A stretch of 61,310 bases of DNA, counting the filler, from Sphacelaria rigidula (Eukaryota): the NCBI GenBank assembly GCA_964200075.2. It is 4 parts of 4 records of this genome, joined end to end, with 100 filler letters (N's around TTAATTAATTAA, not from the genome) between each part and the next. Parts side by side here need not be neighbours in the genome. Positions count along the whole stretch, not along the records: positions 30,708 to 45,959 come from CAXNAA020001838.1; positions 46,060 to 61,310 come from CAXNAA020001839.1; 2 more parts are not named here. The stretch is one strand, 5' to 3'. Of this stretch, positions 37,530 through 49,700 are shown piece by piece. The notes beneath the pieces were generated by a model. The model saw only the letters and a list, made by a program, of their open reading frames with translations. It did no database searches and was not told the origin of the DNA. The translations under genes and the position numbers were made by a program. Numbering within the stretch: the stretch's first letter is position 1; every line of letters begins with the position of its first letter.

Positions 37530-40500
37530 TCATGCATCCGGCGCTGTTGCCGGCGTTACTGCCGTGCTTGCCTCTCCGTTTTCGATCTCCAAGACGGATA
37601 TCTCGCGCACGTCCGGGTCCATCAACAGCTCAGAGAAGGCGTTGAGGTGTGGCACACCCCTCACCTTGTGTATTCAATTGCAGACGCGTTCAAGAGTGAC
37701 CGGACAAAGGGGAGAGAGTGCGGACAACGGTCGCCCATTAGATAAGGTGGAGGCGGGGGTATCGAGCTCACCACCAGATATCACCGAAGAGGCACATCCA
37801 TTCTAGTCATGCCTGGAACTAACGTATATGACATGCTTCCAGCCTATGTGGCAAAGAGCGAAAAACACGCGTTCGATTGTGGGCGTTTGTCTCCTGGTTT
37901 CTCAGGCACCATAGCCCGAGATATGCAACTTTGGCCGGAAGCAGCCGGGCAGGGTGATGATGCTACGAATATTTCCACACCATTCATCTGCCAAATCGAA
38001 GACGTACCCAATTCTTATCTACAAATGCAGGGGGGGGTACATACGAGCAATGCTACGATAGGAGTTGCACTTTTTTCAGCGAAAACGTTTCTCGGGGCTG
38101 CTCGGGGTGTTGGACGAATCATTTTGAGAATTGGCATCATTTTTACTTGAAAAAAAAAACTAAAAATGATGCCGATTCACGAAAAGGCCCCCGCGTGCAA
38201 ACACCATGTTTTTGGGTCCCCAGAGATTTGGGTTGCACAGTAAGCCCCATATACTTGGGCTCCTTGAAAAAAGAGACCCAGAAACAAAAAGTGCAACCCC
38301 TGCCTCGGCATTGCTCATCTGTTTTGAGGAATGTGACATGCCCTTCAAGCAACGGCAACGCGTGATGAAACACAAATTACATGGTTGGCTGTGAGAAAGC
38401 TGGAAACACTGGATCCGAGGCGTCTTTTTTACACTGACGCTCCACTCACTGGATCATGACACCGTGTATAACCGATCTGTCAAACACCATTCACATGTAA
38501 CACATGAAAAAGGTATGTGAACACAGCCCCTCAGCGCTCTGAGGAAAGGATCGAGATACTCTGATCTCCCGGTGTCCAACCTAATGAGAATAGAGTACAG
38601 ACGTCCTTTCCATGCTCTCGACGTGTTGAGATTGTGCAGATGGCCCGCAAAAGGACAATACGTCAAATAAAATGCCCCCCGCGCGGAGGATCTTCGGGGA
38701 GAGGGTGCATGGATTTAATTATCTCCGTTGAAGGGGGAGGGGGGGACGGGGGGGGTACCCATGATCTTGCATGCCGTAGTGCGGAGGGAGGGAGAGGAGA
38801 TAACCGCTACACGATCGCTTCTCACATGCTTTTGTGGGCATCGCTATGATAGCCGAAATTGGTCATACACCCCCGAGGACAACGTGGGAGGAGGCAACGA
38901 AGGTGTAACCAGCGCTCAAAAAAAGCCAAGTAGGAACACTGCGGAATAATGCTCGACACGTTCATGTCCACCATGTGACCACGGCTGAATCCCTCGGGGG
39001 GTCACTTGAAGTGCGACGATCAATCAGACGAATCAATATTTATAGGAAGACCAGAAGCCCCCCTCAGTATAGCTTCCATCATAATCGAAGCCCCCTCAGC
39101 GACAAAAGCAAAAGTAGCGCTGAGACAACACCTTACTGAAGCATGACAATTTCACGTACCTCGTGGTCTAGCAGCGGCATTAGTACCACATGGAAGTCCT
39201 CGTACAGATCGTAAATCTGACCAATGTATTTGTCCTGAGGAAGCACGCCAGTTGTCAGGGAGTGGCCGCGTGGAGGGGCGGGGCGGGGGGCAGGAGGGGG
39301 AGAGGGGGTTAGGTGGGCTAGCATAGATGAATGCGACAACTCTTTGCGCAGCAAGCAAGCGTCAACTAACGTGCGGAGTAGGACGGCCGCTTCTGCATGA
39401 GGGCTTTCGTCCTAGTAATCTCAACCCGAAATAGGCCACGTACAGGATAAAATATGCCAGACGTACTCGAAAGTTGGGGTGCAATGCCGCACGGATCGGG
39501 CGTTAATTTTCTGCGTAATATTCTTGTATTCGCTCTGTACATAATCTCAAGCAGGACAAAAGTTGACAGACAATACCGACGTCGCAATCCTTTGAATGGG
39601 CCGGATGTCAAATAAAAAAAGAAGCAGATGTACGTAGGCAGGCTGTCTCGATGGTATTGCCACACATAGTGCTCCTCCTTATGGTGGCCAGTTTCCGGAC
39701 TAATATAACGTTCCTCTCATGCAATATTGTTTCGACTGTAGTCGGACGAAATGACGGGGGAACGCAGTTCTTTGCTCACACAAGCCTATTGGAATTCGTT
39801 CATGAGAAACAATATTGAAAAAAAAAACTGATGAAATCTACGCGCACACTCAAAAACAGTAGGATTCCGCGCTGTAGGTGGACTTGCCTGCATCCGTTTA
39901 CGCGCAAGGGTCTTGCAGATAATGCTCTTTGCGTCGTCGCTGAGCGTCTCCTCTTCTTTACCGTACCACGTTTGTAAGTCCCCGATATCCTTTGTTGGGA
40001 AAAGTACCTGGGAAAAAGGAAAATACAAAACAGAGTGGCACACAAAAGTTCCGAAACCAGAGCCGGGCGTCAGGGGTGTTATTTCACGTCCCACACATTC
40101 CACCCACCTCGAAAAGGTTGATGAGCGACAAAAGTAATTAGGGACCGAAATTAATACCAGGAGCACAAGAGGGGCCTGAAAAATAATGATTCGCAGGAGC
40201 GATAGAGTCGCCTCATACAACATTGCTGAAGCTGGTCCATTACGGCAAAGATCTTGCCCGATTGACGACGACGTTGCGCGTATCAATCTCGAACTTTCGC
40301 AGCGACAGACATGCCACTTTTCGTGTACAGTATGCAACATTGCTGAAGCTAATCCACAGCGAGCATATATCTTGCCCGATTCGCGACAATGTAGTGCGCA
40401 TCGACCTCGGACTTTGTGAGCTCCTGCACCATCACAGCGACAGATATGCGACGTTTCGTGTACAGTATGCAACATTTCTGAAAGCTAATCCTATATATAC

Positions 40501-43500
40501 TACGAGCATATATCTTGCCTGATTTACGACGATGTTGTGCGTATCGATCTCGAACTTCGTGAGCTCCTGCACCAGTCGCTCCGTCTCGTACAGCGACAGG
40601 AACTCAGGGATGCAGACGCACACGAACGTAGTCTTGTCCGGGTCCTTGAACTGGTCGTTAACCTTGTTGATGATTTCCTTCAGTGACACTAACTTGCCGA
40701 ACATATCTTCTTCGTTTGCCTTGTTCGAAGGGCAGCAGCGGCGAACAACACCCAACAACAATAACAAAAACGACGTACGTGCGAGACGAGACGAGAAGGG
40801 GTGAATGTGACACACACAAAAAAACACGCATAACCATCGCAACAAATCAGTGGAACCGGGGGCGATGGGTGATGGCATGCTGTTGACCCATGTGGAACGA
40901 ACGGTGCAATGGAGCCACATAGCGTCAATATTCTTCTATGGGATGGCATAACCACGAGTACGCTAAGAAACTCCCTGAATTACTTTATTCAGCATGGTCG
41001 GACTCCTGTTCCAACACGCATAGTTTCAAAATCAGTCCCCGGAGCATATGCTTCGGCGAAAAAACTCAATTTCCTGACCATGCTCAACGTATTTTCCACG
41101 GTCGAGACGAACTGTTCGCAGCCTAGCGGGGGTCAAGCTTCTCGTAAGCTTCGCATACACTGCAACTTGTCGTTCTCTCTCCTTCTCTCCCTCCCCCAAC
41201 CCCCCAGCCCCTGGTCCGGCTAGAAGCCGACGTGCTCCGTCCCGGCTTTGTAGGGATGCGAGGTCAATCGTCATTTGACCACGGTATGCAAAATCACGAT
41301 TATACGTCCCCCCCGCTTCGCGTACAAGTATCGCCGATCGATCAACTCACCCCCCCACCCCCGAACATGTTGCCGAACTGCGATATCAAGCCGGAGAACT
41401 TGTTCTTCAGGTCCATGAGCTTGGACAGGGCCTTGTCCATAATAGTGGGGAACGACAAGAGCCGGAGGGTGTGCCCCGTCGGCGCGGTGTCAAAAACGAT
41501 ACAGCTGAAGTTCATGTTCTGCACCATCTTCATCAGCTCCGCGAACGACATGGCTTCGTCGACGCCGGGGATGGAATTCGACATGTCGGAGAACATGCTG
41601 GTTCACGTTAAAACATGAAAAAAAACGGTCGGGAACAATCAATCAACGGGGGCGACAAATTCGGGGCATTGAAAATGTGACGTTGCGGGAAAAAAAACGC
41701 ACATCATAGAGAGAGAAATTTCATCATGACCTGGAGTGAGTGAAAACAATCTGAATTTCCCGGCAAAATAAGAGAACTGTCGCTGATTAGTTGCACCGAT
41801 ACTGTTCAATCGGGAAATGCACCGCATAGCTTGACATACCATCACTGCTACTAACAAAGACAGCATCCATGATGGCCAGGTGAGCACATGGTTCATGTGT
41901 TCGAAGATATGATCCACTCATCAGTCCCACAACATCAACACGCGCGAAAAAGACCAAGACAAGACAAGTTGGGGCGCACAACAGCTCGCTACCAGTTGGA
42001 CGATACTTTCCCCTTCTCTTGCAATGAAAATTTGCACGTCACAGATTTGGTCCGCGTTGTGGAATTTCCTTCGTTAACCGCTTGCGGAGACAACAAAGTC
42101 GGGTTTCCCTTGGATCGGCCGCAGCACAGAGGAGGCGAGGACGATTTTTGCCACACTACGGCCACCAAACACGGGGGAATAAACGTCTGTTCGTGTGGAA
42201 CATGCACCGAAGCATCCCCCATGTGTTCCATGCTGCCGCTGTTTGAGTTGCTCCGCACGTATTGGACTTCATCACTTTCGAGGAGAATATGATACGCCGT
42301 GTGCATGTGCTCTTGTACGCTGCTGCAGCCGGGTCATCGGAAACAGCGATGACTTCACAAGTCTGGTGCGGCCAAATCTTACTCGGGTAGCGAGGTGACT
42401 TCTATACCTTTCAGAAGGTCTCTGGTGCTGAGGACAGCAGTTGCCAAGCTAATCGGCCAAAAGTCACGCTCCAATCGGCCACGAAATTTGTGCTGGTTCC
42501 TCATTTCATACTATCCACCGGTCCACACCACACTCGAGAAGGTTGTATATATTTCAGACAGCATCCTGACAGAGCTTCCCTATATCCATTGATGGGGCGG
42601 TCAAACCCTTGCACAAAGTGACTGACAAGCTCACGGCTGCACTGGCATCCGATACCAGGGCAACGCAAATGTGAAGCATGAAAACGCCAAATCCTTCCCA
42701 CGAGAACGCCAACTGGTTGCTTGGCGTCGTGATGGAATAGCAGACTCGGGTTTCATTTCCGGAGAGAAACGCGGGGTTTGGTCGTTGTGTTTGATGCATG
42801 ACAGCCAAGCCGACGAACGATCGATTCTGCGGGTGCCATGGTTACTGTTGCTGGAGGTGGCGCACGCGGCGACCACGTACGAGTAGGGCACTGTAGGCAG
42901 TCTACACTAGCCTAGAAAGAGTGGGTCAGGTGGTCCAGAAAATGTATTCAGGAAAAGGAATGAGTACAGAAGATGTACTTGTCGAAATTTGGCCTGACTA
43001 GGGTGAGGCGGGTTTCGGTCGATTGCCGCTCTTGTGCACACATGGTCGTACGAGACGAGAATACGAGTTTCCCAGGGGGGAGGGGTGTACTCCTGATCAT
43101 GCATGCCATGGTCGTGAGACTTCTGACCCCACACCCCTACAAAGCCAGGACGGAGCACGCCGGGCTTTCACCAGACCAGGCTCACAATCAATCACGAAGC
43201 GCGAAGCGCCATGAAGTGATCGGCGGGTCGATGGAGGGTGAGCTGCATCCTGCTGAGATCGTTCGGCCCGAAGCGTACTGATTGCTTTGCATTTGCATGA
43301 CAGCCTACAATGAGATGCATTTTTTTCTGGTATCGCAACTCCCGGAGACAGCCACAGCTTTCACACTGCCTCATGGGTATCTCACCATTTAAACATTACG
43401 TAGTACGATCATCTCCTTTGCGCGGAGTCGAGGTTCTCCCACATCCCACATTATGATCTAGCTCGACCATCATCACGGTTATCGCAAAAAAAAACGCAAG

Positions 43501-45241
43501 CGCGCCAAAAAAACGGTAACCTGCTTGCCTAGCTCACGCAGTGAGTGGTATACTCTACAGCGTCATCGTCAACCGACGCTAATCCCGTAGGAGGTCCCAG
43601 GTCCGAGGGGGGGTTGACACGGGTGCAGCACATATTACCGATTGAATTGCCTGAAGAGTCTTGGGCGAGAACGGTGTTTGAGGCGCACTTTTCCTATCTC
43701 GCATATTAGGTCCTGAATATGGATAGTACATTTTCAGGGCACATGAAGGTATAGCTTTCTTAGACTGACGCCCGACGCCCGAAATATTCTGCTCGATTCG
43801 TGTTTTTGGGCCAAAGCTATATTTGTGCCCTAGCTTTCGTGTCAGATCAATGATCGATCCAAGACTAATTTGACTGTACTATAGCGCCGACATAACCAAC
43901 ACACCGCCGACAATACCCCGCTCCCCAATGAAAAGATCCACGCGACTGTCAGCTAAAACAACTGTACCCAAGGTTTTCTTGGCGCCCAAGGGGTTGGAAA
44001 GCAATCTGCCCTCATGTTACACCTATATTCAGGCACACAGGTCCAGGCACCGACACACACACACCTCTTGATGCCATCGGCGGCGTCCTGGTTCATCCCG
44101 TCCGTCATGGCCAATTCATCCATATCCACGGTCGGCTCAACTTCCATACAGTAAAGGTTATCGAACCCGTTCACCAATGTTGGGTCCTTCGTGAACTTCT
44201 GTCCAAAAGCGTCGCTGGATTGAAGAAAGAGTCATGCGGGAGGACCCGGGGGGAAGAAACAGAGCAGACGTTGAGGCCAGTCCCCGAGGAAGAAGTCAGA
44301 CAAGAAAAATATCATTTTTACGAGTACACCGACCTTCTCTTGTTGCATGTTGGTCTCTTCCTTTGGCTTGTGATCCTAGCGATGTTTCGTACCTCTGTTC
44401 TTTGCTAATGCGCTTTGTTCATTGTTTCATTTATTCTTTCTCCTCCTCAGCTTTTGTTCTTGCCCCATCTCTCTATTGTTTCCAATTAAATAGTCTCCCT
44501 TATCTTCCCCGTCTTTTTCTTTCCGAGCCGTAGCAGCGTTGGTCGTGCTTCTGCAGAGCAGGAGGGTCAGAGTTCCTACCGGAATACTGCGGTTCCCAGA
44601 TAGCTGAGTCGCCCCCTGCTTCCACGGCATTGCTTACTGTACGGCTCCTTACCTGAAGCCCTGGCAGGGGACTGTCTGGGTTCTTCTCTCGGCCGATCTG
44701 AGATTTAAGCCTGTCATTTCTCTTGCCCTTCTCTCTCGTTTCCTTCGTTTTCACTCTTCCTGAATGCACCCTGTTTGTTTTCCCCTGTCTCCTTTCGTCA
44801 TCTTCGGTCTCTTTTCAAGTTTCCTTTGGCGAGTGTTTCCATCTATTCACCTCACCTACGTCTATCTGGTGACCACGGCTGGATGCACCTTGCATCAGTT
44901 AATGTGCGACAAGAAAAAACGTGCTGTCGTCTCCATATTTCTCGTGTGTCGGGGACCCCGCGTGGCCCTTGTTCACGGCAACACATCAAGCTAGACTGTT
45001 CTTCCAAGATCAGGCCAAGCTATAGTAGACCATGCAGACAGACCGCCTTCGTACCGCGTGTACCTTCCAGCGCACAGCCGAGTGCAGCAAGGCGGAGTCG
45101 AATGGACACCACCAGACACAAGACACAACAAGACACGATTGCAGCGCAAGTGCACATGCATGTGCTCAGCTTAGATCCACACCTGAGATTGTGTGCAGGG
45201 TCGGTAGAGATGATCAACACGCTCTCCCTCGCCTTGGCCAT
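37530..45241 (-). CDS. GET3: ATPase GET3/ASNA1/TRC40 (ArsA family), 5'-partial; exons 45241-45183, 44214-44065, 41597-41351, 40719-40519, 40007-39888, 39234-39160, 37664-37530
   Basis: Spliced: [27 protein letters not shown]...NLYCMEVEP...[16 protein letters not shown]...[18 protein letters not shown]...[41 protein letters not shown]...[35 protein letters not shown]...*; switch I (STDPAHNL) and switch II (DTAPTGH) are intact. The P-loop exon (GGKGGVGKT) was not found and the contig ends at 45959. Confidence 0.96.
40217..40500 (-). repeat. Two decayed tandem copies of a GET3 exon 3' end plus donor, inside the following intron
   Basis: 40361-40431 encodes [18 protein letters not shown]|gcaaga and 40250-40298 encodes [13 protein letters not shown]|gcaaga, versus the true [18 protein letters not shown]|gcaaga; the spacer ttcgtgtacagtatgcaacatt..aagctaatcc is also repeated. 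Confidence 0.85.
43070..43600. repeat. Dispersed ~500-bp repeat (family A end plus body), in a GET3 intron
   Basis: Collinear with 54040-54525 (tgagctgcatcctgctga.at.gttcggcccga, cacactgcctcatgggt, ttgcctagct.acgcagtgagtgg). Confidence 0.8.
44230..44920 (+). mobile_element. LINE 3'-end fragment in a GET3 intron
   Basis: Pyrimidine-rich 3' UTR-like sequence ending gtgaccacggctggat...ttaatgtgcgacaag, shared with the other LINE tails. Confidence 0.5.
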
Positions 45242-45959
45242 CTGTTCCGAGACGTCGACCGCCGCGAAGGAACCAACGACCACGCCGGGAACGCCCAGAG
45301 TTCGCGGCGGATGACCATAGGGGATGGGGCATACATGAGGATGTTAACCGTTACACCGCGAGGGTAGTCAGTCCATGTGGATCATGCAAAATGTTTCCAA
45401 GTGAAATTGATCCCGATTCGACAGAGGATCTACTCTCGCCGCCCAGGGGTTTATCTTGATCGTTTGGTATTGGTCACGATGTGTGATAAGATCGAGGGCA
45501 GGGCTCGACAAAACATGCGCACACGTGCACACTCATCTCTCCCAGAGAAAAATTTATGCAAAGCGCCACATCGTATCACAGACTCGAATCATGCTCGTAT
45601 CAAACCTCTAAAACAACGTCGTACCGACAGCCAGCTGTGACGTGCATACGACCTGATTGATTACCATAGCTTCATCTGTCTCTCGTGCCGTTTGAGCAAA
45701 TGTGGATATGAAAGAGCTTGCCTCCACCGTTGCTCAAAGCTGGCCAGTTCAGACCAAAGAAGAAGAAAGGGGGGGTTATACTCTCGGAGAACACTTCACT
45801 TATTTAGCATTCTATCACGTGAAGGGAGGTATACAACGCAGTACAGTGCAGACAGCACATGGAGGGGGGGGGGGGGGGGGGGGCCCGGGGGGGGCCCCCC
45901 CCTCGGCCCCGCCCGAGGGGGGGCGCAACCCCCCAACCGTCCGGACTGTTTCCCCACTA

Positions 45960-46059
45960 NNNNNNNNNNNNNNNNNNNNNNNNNNNNNNNNNNNNNNNNN
46001 NNNTTAATTAATTAANNNNNNNNNNNNNNNNNNNNNNNNNNNNNNNNNNNNNNNNNNNN
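45960..46059. other. Artificial contig linker (N44-TTAATTAATTAA-N44)
   Basis: Same 100-nt structure as 15255-15354. Confidence 0.97.
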
Positions 46060-46090
46060 GGAAATCATACATTACGAAGAAAAAACCCAA

Positions 46091-46158
46091 CGCATCGTGA
46101 ATCGAACCCTCGTTCTCTCCACCCTAAAGGCGACAGTCACACCATTACACCACCGGGT
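46091..46158 (-). repeat. tRNA-like sequence (pseudo-tRNA or SINE head)
   Basis: Minus strand cccggtggtgtaatggtg...gagggttcgattcacgatgc has A box TGGTGTAATGG and B box GGTTCGATTC; acceptor stem not convincing. Confidence 0.45.
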
Positions 46159-46740
46159 GTGACCCATATATCATATGGTAGAGGCCTTACCTCACCGTCT
46201 TCAACTGCCACACTGGTATGTGCAATTTTCGCAGATTTTTAGAGACATGACAAGTGTGGCAGAGCAAATCATGCGCTACGAGATACTTTCACCCAAGCTA
46301 TATGTATATGTATATATATGCCATATATATAGCACTTAGCTTCCACGGAGTAACAGCGTATACCTCTCACCTTGCTGCATCATAAAGCACAGTTCCTCTA
46401 CAGGACCTGCATTGCTATGTTCAACACCGGAAAAAAAATAGAAAAAAAATGAAAAACAAAATGAAAAACAAAATTTAAACCCCATGCAAAAAATTGAAAA
46501 TCAACACCCAACATCCAACACACACGGAACTAAAACTATCAACGCACCCCCACCCCCCTCCCGAAAAACACAAACTGCACCAACACCAAATCAAAATCGA
46601 AACTACCCGCCACACAAACGGTGAAGGGCCAAAAATAAGCACACAAGACCAAAACAAAGGAACGACCAATCAGGAAGCGGCGAGGACTACAAAATGCCGA
46701 GACCACACACCACCAGGCATGGGTGCACACAACCTTAAAA

Positions 46741-49700
46741 TCAGACAGAACAACACGCAAGGTAAGCGCCTTCTTGATTGGGACAACAATCTCCCGCAAG
46801 GCTCGCGCAGCCCTCGTGCCCCGCACACGCCGCGCCATCGTCCACTATCCCATTGCCACCACCCTCCTGATCAATACCTGACGACGAATTACCAGCACCT
46901 GCACCAACATCGTTGGCTTGCGTGCGCTCTGTGCCACAACACGCTAGATAATCTCCTGCGGCAGTGGGGCAACAATCTCCGCCAAGGTTTCCGCAACCAT
47001 CATGCCTCGCACACGCCGCGTCATTATCCTCTGCTACGTCATCATCGTCTCCTTTTACCTTGCCCGGTGATGAAGTAGCATTGCTGTCGGGGGTATCCGG
47101 CGTCCGCATCGCACCACAGCATGATAGAAAAATTCCCGAATCGTTGGGACAACAGGTGCCTTCCAAAAGGGAACAACTAGGATACGGAGGCGTTTCGGGA
47201 GAAGGGGAATAGGGAGAGGCGTATTCAGTTCTTGCTTTGCTTGCCTTAGTCGTTCGACCATTGACCACTCATCCCTTTCGAGACGGAGGACCGTTGCTGC
47301 TCCTAATACTGACACCTCGAACACTTGGGCGCTCATTACGCTTCTTCCACACATCACACAAAAACCTTTGACATATCTCATCGTTCCTGTTTCGCTGCCT
47401 GTGGCCACCATCTATCTCCTAGTATAGCGATCATTTTCTCGCTTCTGCCTAATGCATCAAACGAGTTTATGCCACCTTCGTTTACTTCTCACATTTCCTC
47501 CGGGGGATAGAGGGTCGGGTCAAGCACCTTCCTCTCTGGAAACGGCGGATTGGGCCGCAAATATCTCCAAAATTTAGTGTACTCTCAGTAACATCGTGTT
47601 TCTCATCTTGGAAGCAAGGGCAAGGGGGAGAGAGGAAGCGACCTGTGTGACTCTCATGAAGACGAGTGATGGTAGTTTTCAGCTGAACTTGGGACTTTTT
47701 GTAGTTTCTTCGTAGTCGGTGATTTTCAATAGTTTTGGCGCGTGCTATCGCTTATCCCAGTAAACGCTCACTCCCGAAGTTAAGAAATCGAGAGATACTA
47801 GGCACCCGCTCCACGTTCCGGAAAAAAATAATCTCTGCACCCAAAGTATTGAACGACTTACAAGCTGAATTGAAATAGGGGTGTTATTGGCCGTTTTTGG
47901 TCCAAAACACATTCCGTTTGGGCTCTACCGCACGACACAGGCAGAAATAAAATGTGAGGGTCCGTAAAATTATTCACGAGAGTGATTGGTATGCAGAGCT
48001 CTGTTGGGTGATTTTCGTTTCCGAGTTCTTGGATGAATTTTCTTGTATAGTATTTTTCTTTAGCACTCGAAAATCCTAGCGTCGATAGACAATAGGAAAA
48101 AAGCAGGTCGTTCTCAGGAAACAATCCTCGATTGCTGTTGCCAGGCTGATACGGAGTAAAAACCGCGTTTATCAGGGTGTGTTTTCGACTTTCAATGGTC
48201 CAAAAAACACAGGTTTTCGGGTCTAGCGCAATTAACAGATAGATATTGGAGAAAACATTAATTTTCATTGGTTTACGACTACGATTAGGATTGCTTCAAT
48301 CGAGCAAAAATACCCCAAGGGTCAGAACCTGGGGTGGACCCTCGAGAACCGGTCAGCCCGTAAGTTGTTCAATTTTGAGTGCAGAGATGGTTCTGTCTTG
48401 GAATGCAGCGCTGTAGGAGCAACTTTTGAGGGGTTTTGGTAGAAGGGGAACACAATATGGAGAATATAATCAAATTATTCCCTTTTATTAACTGGAAAAC
48501 ACAAAAAAAAAACGCAGTAAACTATTTCGGTTTAATTTATCCAACATTCATACCTGTGGTAGAGGAGTGACGGTCGACCGTTCGAGAGTGGTAAAAAGAG
48601 GGAAAGTGGGACCGACTGCAGCGCTAGGGCCGTTGGACGAAATGAGCAGAGCAGAGATGTGAAAGGAGAAGTTTTGAGGTGATGCAGCGATGAAGAGGAC
48701 GATAGGAGGATGAGCCGCCGGCAAACCCTACAGTTGTCGGCGGCTCACCCTCCTATCGTCCTCTCTATTGCTGTTTCACCTCAAAACTTCTCCTTTCACA
48801 CCCCTTCTCTGGTCATGGCAAAGCCGCTTTCGACTACTACACACGAGGGTCACACGCGGATAGCACCCGCGCAGATGGAGGTATGGCGTCGTCCACCCTG
48901 TCTCTTAGGTATCGATAACCCTGGGCCTTCAGCTCCTCTCTAAAGGCGAACCCGTTTTTCACCACTATACAACACAGGATGCTTGATCGGGGACAGATGT
49001 GGATCACTGGGGTCAACATATACTAAAATGCAGTACGCCACAGTGATGATATGTAAAAACTGTTGGTATGGGATGTTTTGAACGCGCGAGAAGGAATCAT
49101 TGGATGGGGGAGGGGTTGCAATTGCGATTCTGACGCGATGAGATAGGAGATGCCCGGGTAGTAAGTGGTTGTGTTGTCGGGTCGTTCGTTGATCGGAAGT
49201 GAAATGGTGGTAGCGTAGACATGGATGGGATATTGCCGGAAATATGGGCATGTAGAGAGTGCATGGTGTAGAGGTAAGGTTATGTAAGGTAATCAGCGAA
49301 AATGGAGAGTTTAATCGTGGTTGGTTGATGGGTTCGATGTGAGATAGCCGGGCAATTAGCTGGATATAGAGGATGAATGCTGTCGTTGTGAGGTGTGGCA
49401 AGGTGGCGGATGTGGAGACGACTTTGATGGGATATTTCCGGGAAATTTTGACGGGGTATTGGCGGCGAAGTAAAAGCTCAAAGAGGGTGCATGCTGCAGG
49501 GGTTACTTGCGGTGAGATTGTCTTGTGTTGTGTGTTGTTATCCCATCTATTCTGGACGCCGTCTACGCCTTTCGGTATATGCGGGCGCACCAGCCGGGGT
49601 GAGACAAGAGGAAGGTCAACACAGCAGCTTCTTCTTTTTTCTTTGTTTTTTTATTACCCCACCTTCCTTCTGCGGTGCTTGCCTTGATTTTTTATCGCAA

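Noticed and set aside
39786-40475. 229-aa minus-strand ORF as a separate gene
   Set aside because: Read-through of the GET3 intronic duplication plus exon 40007-39888
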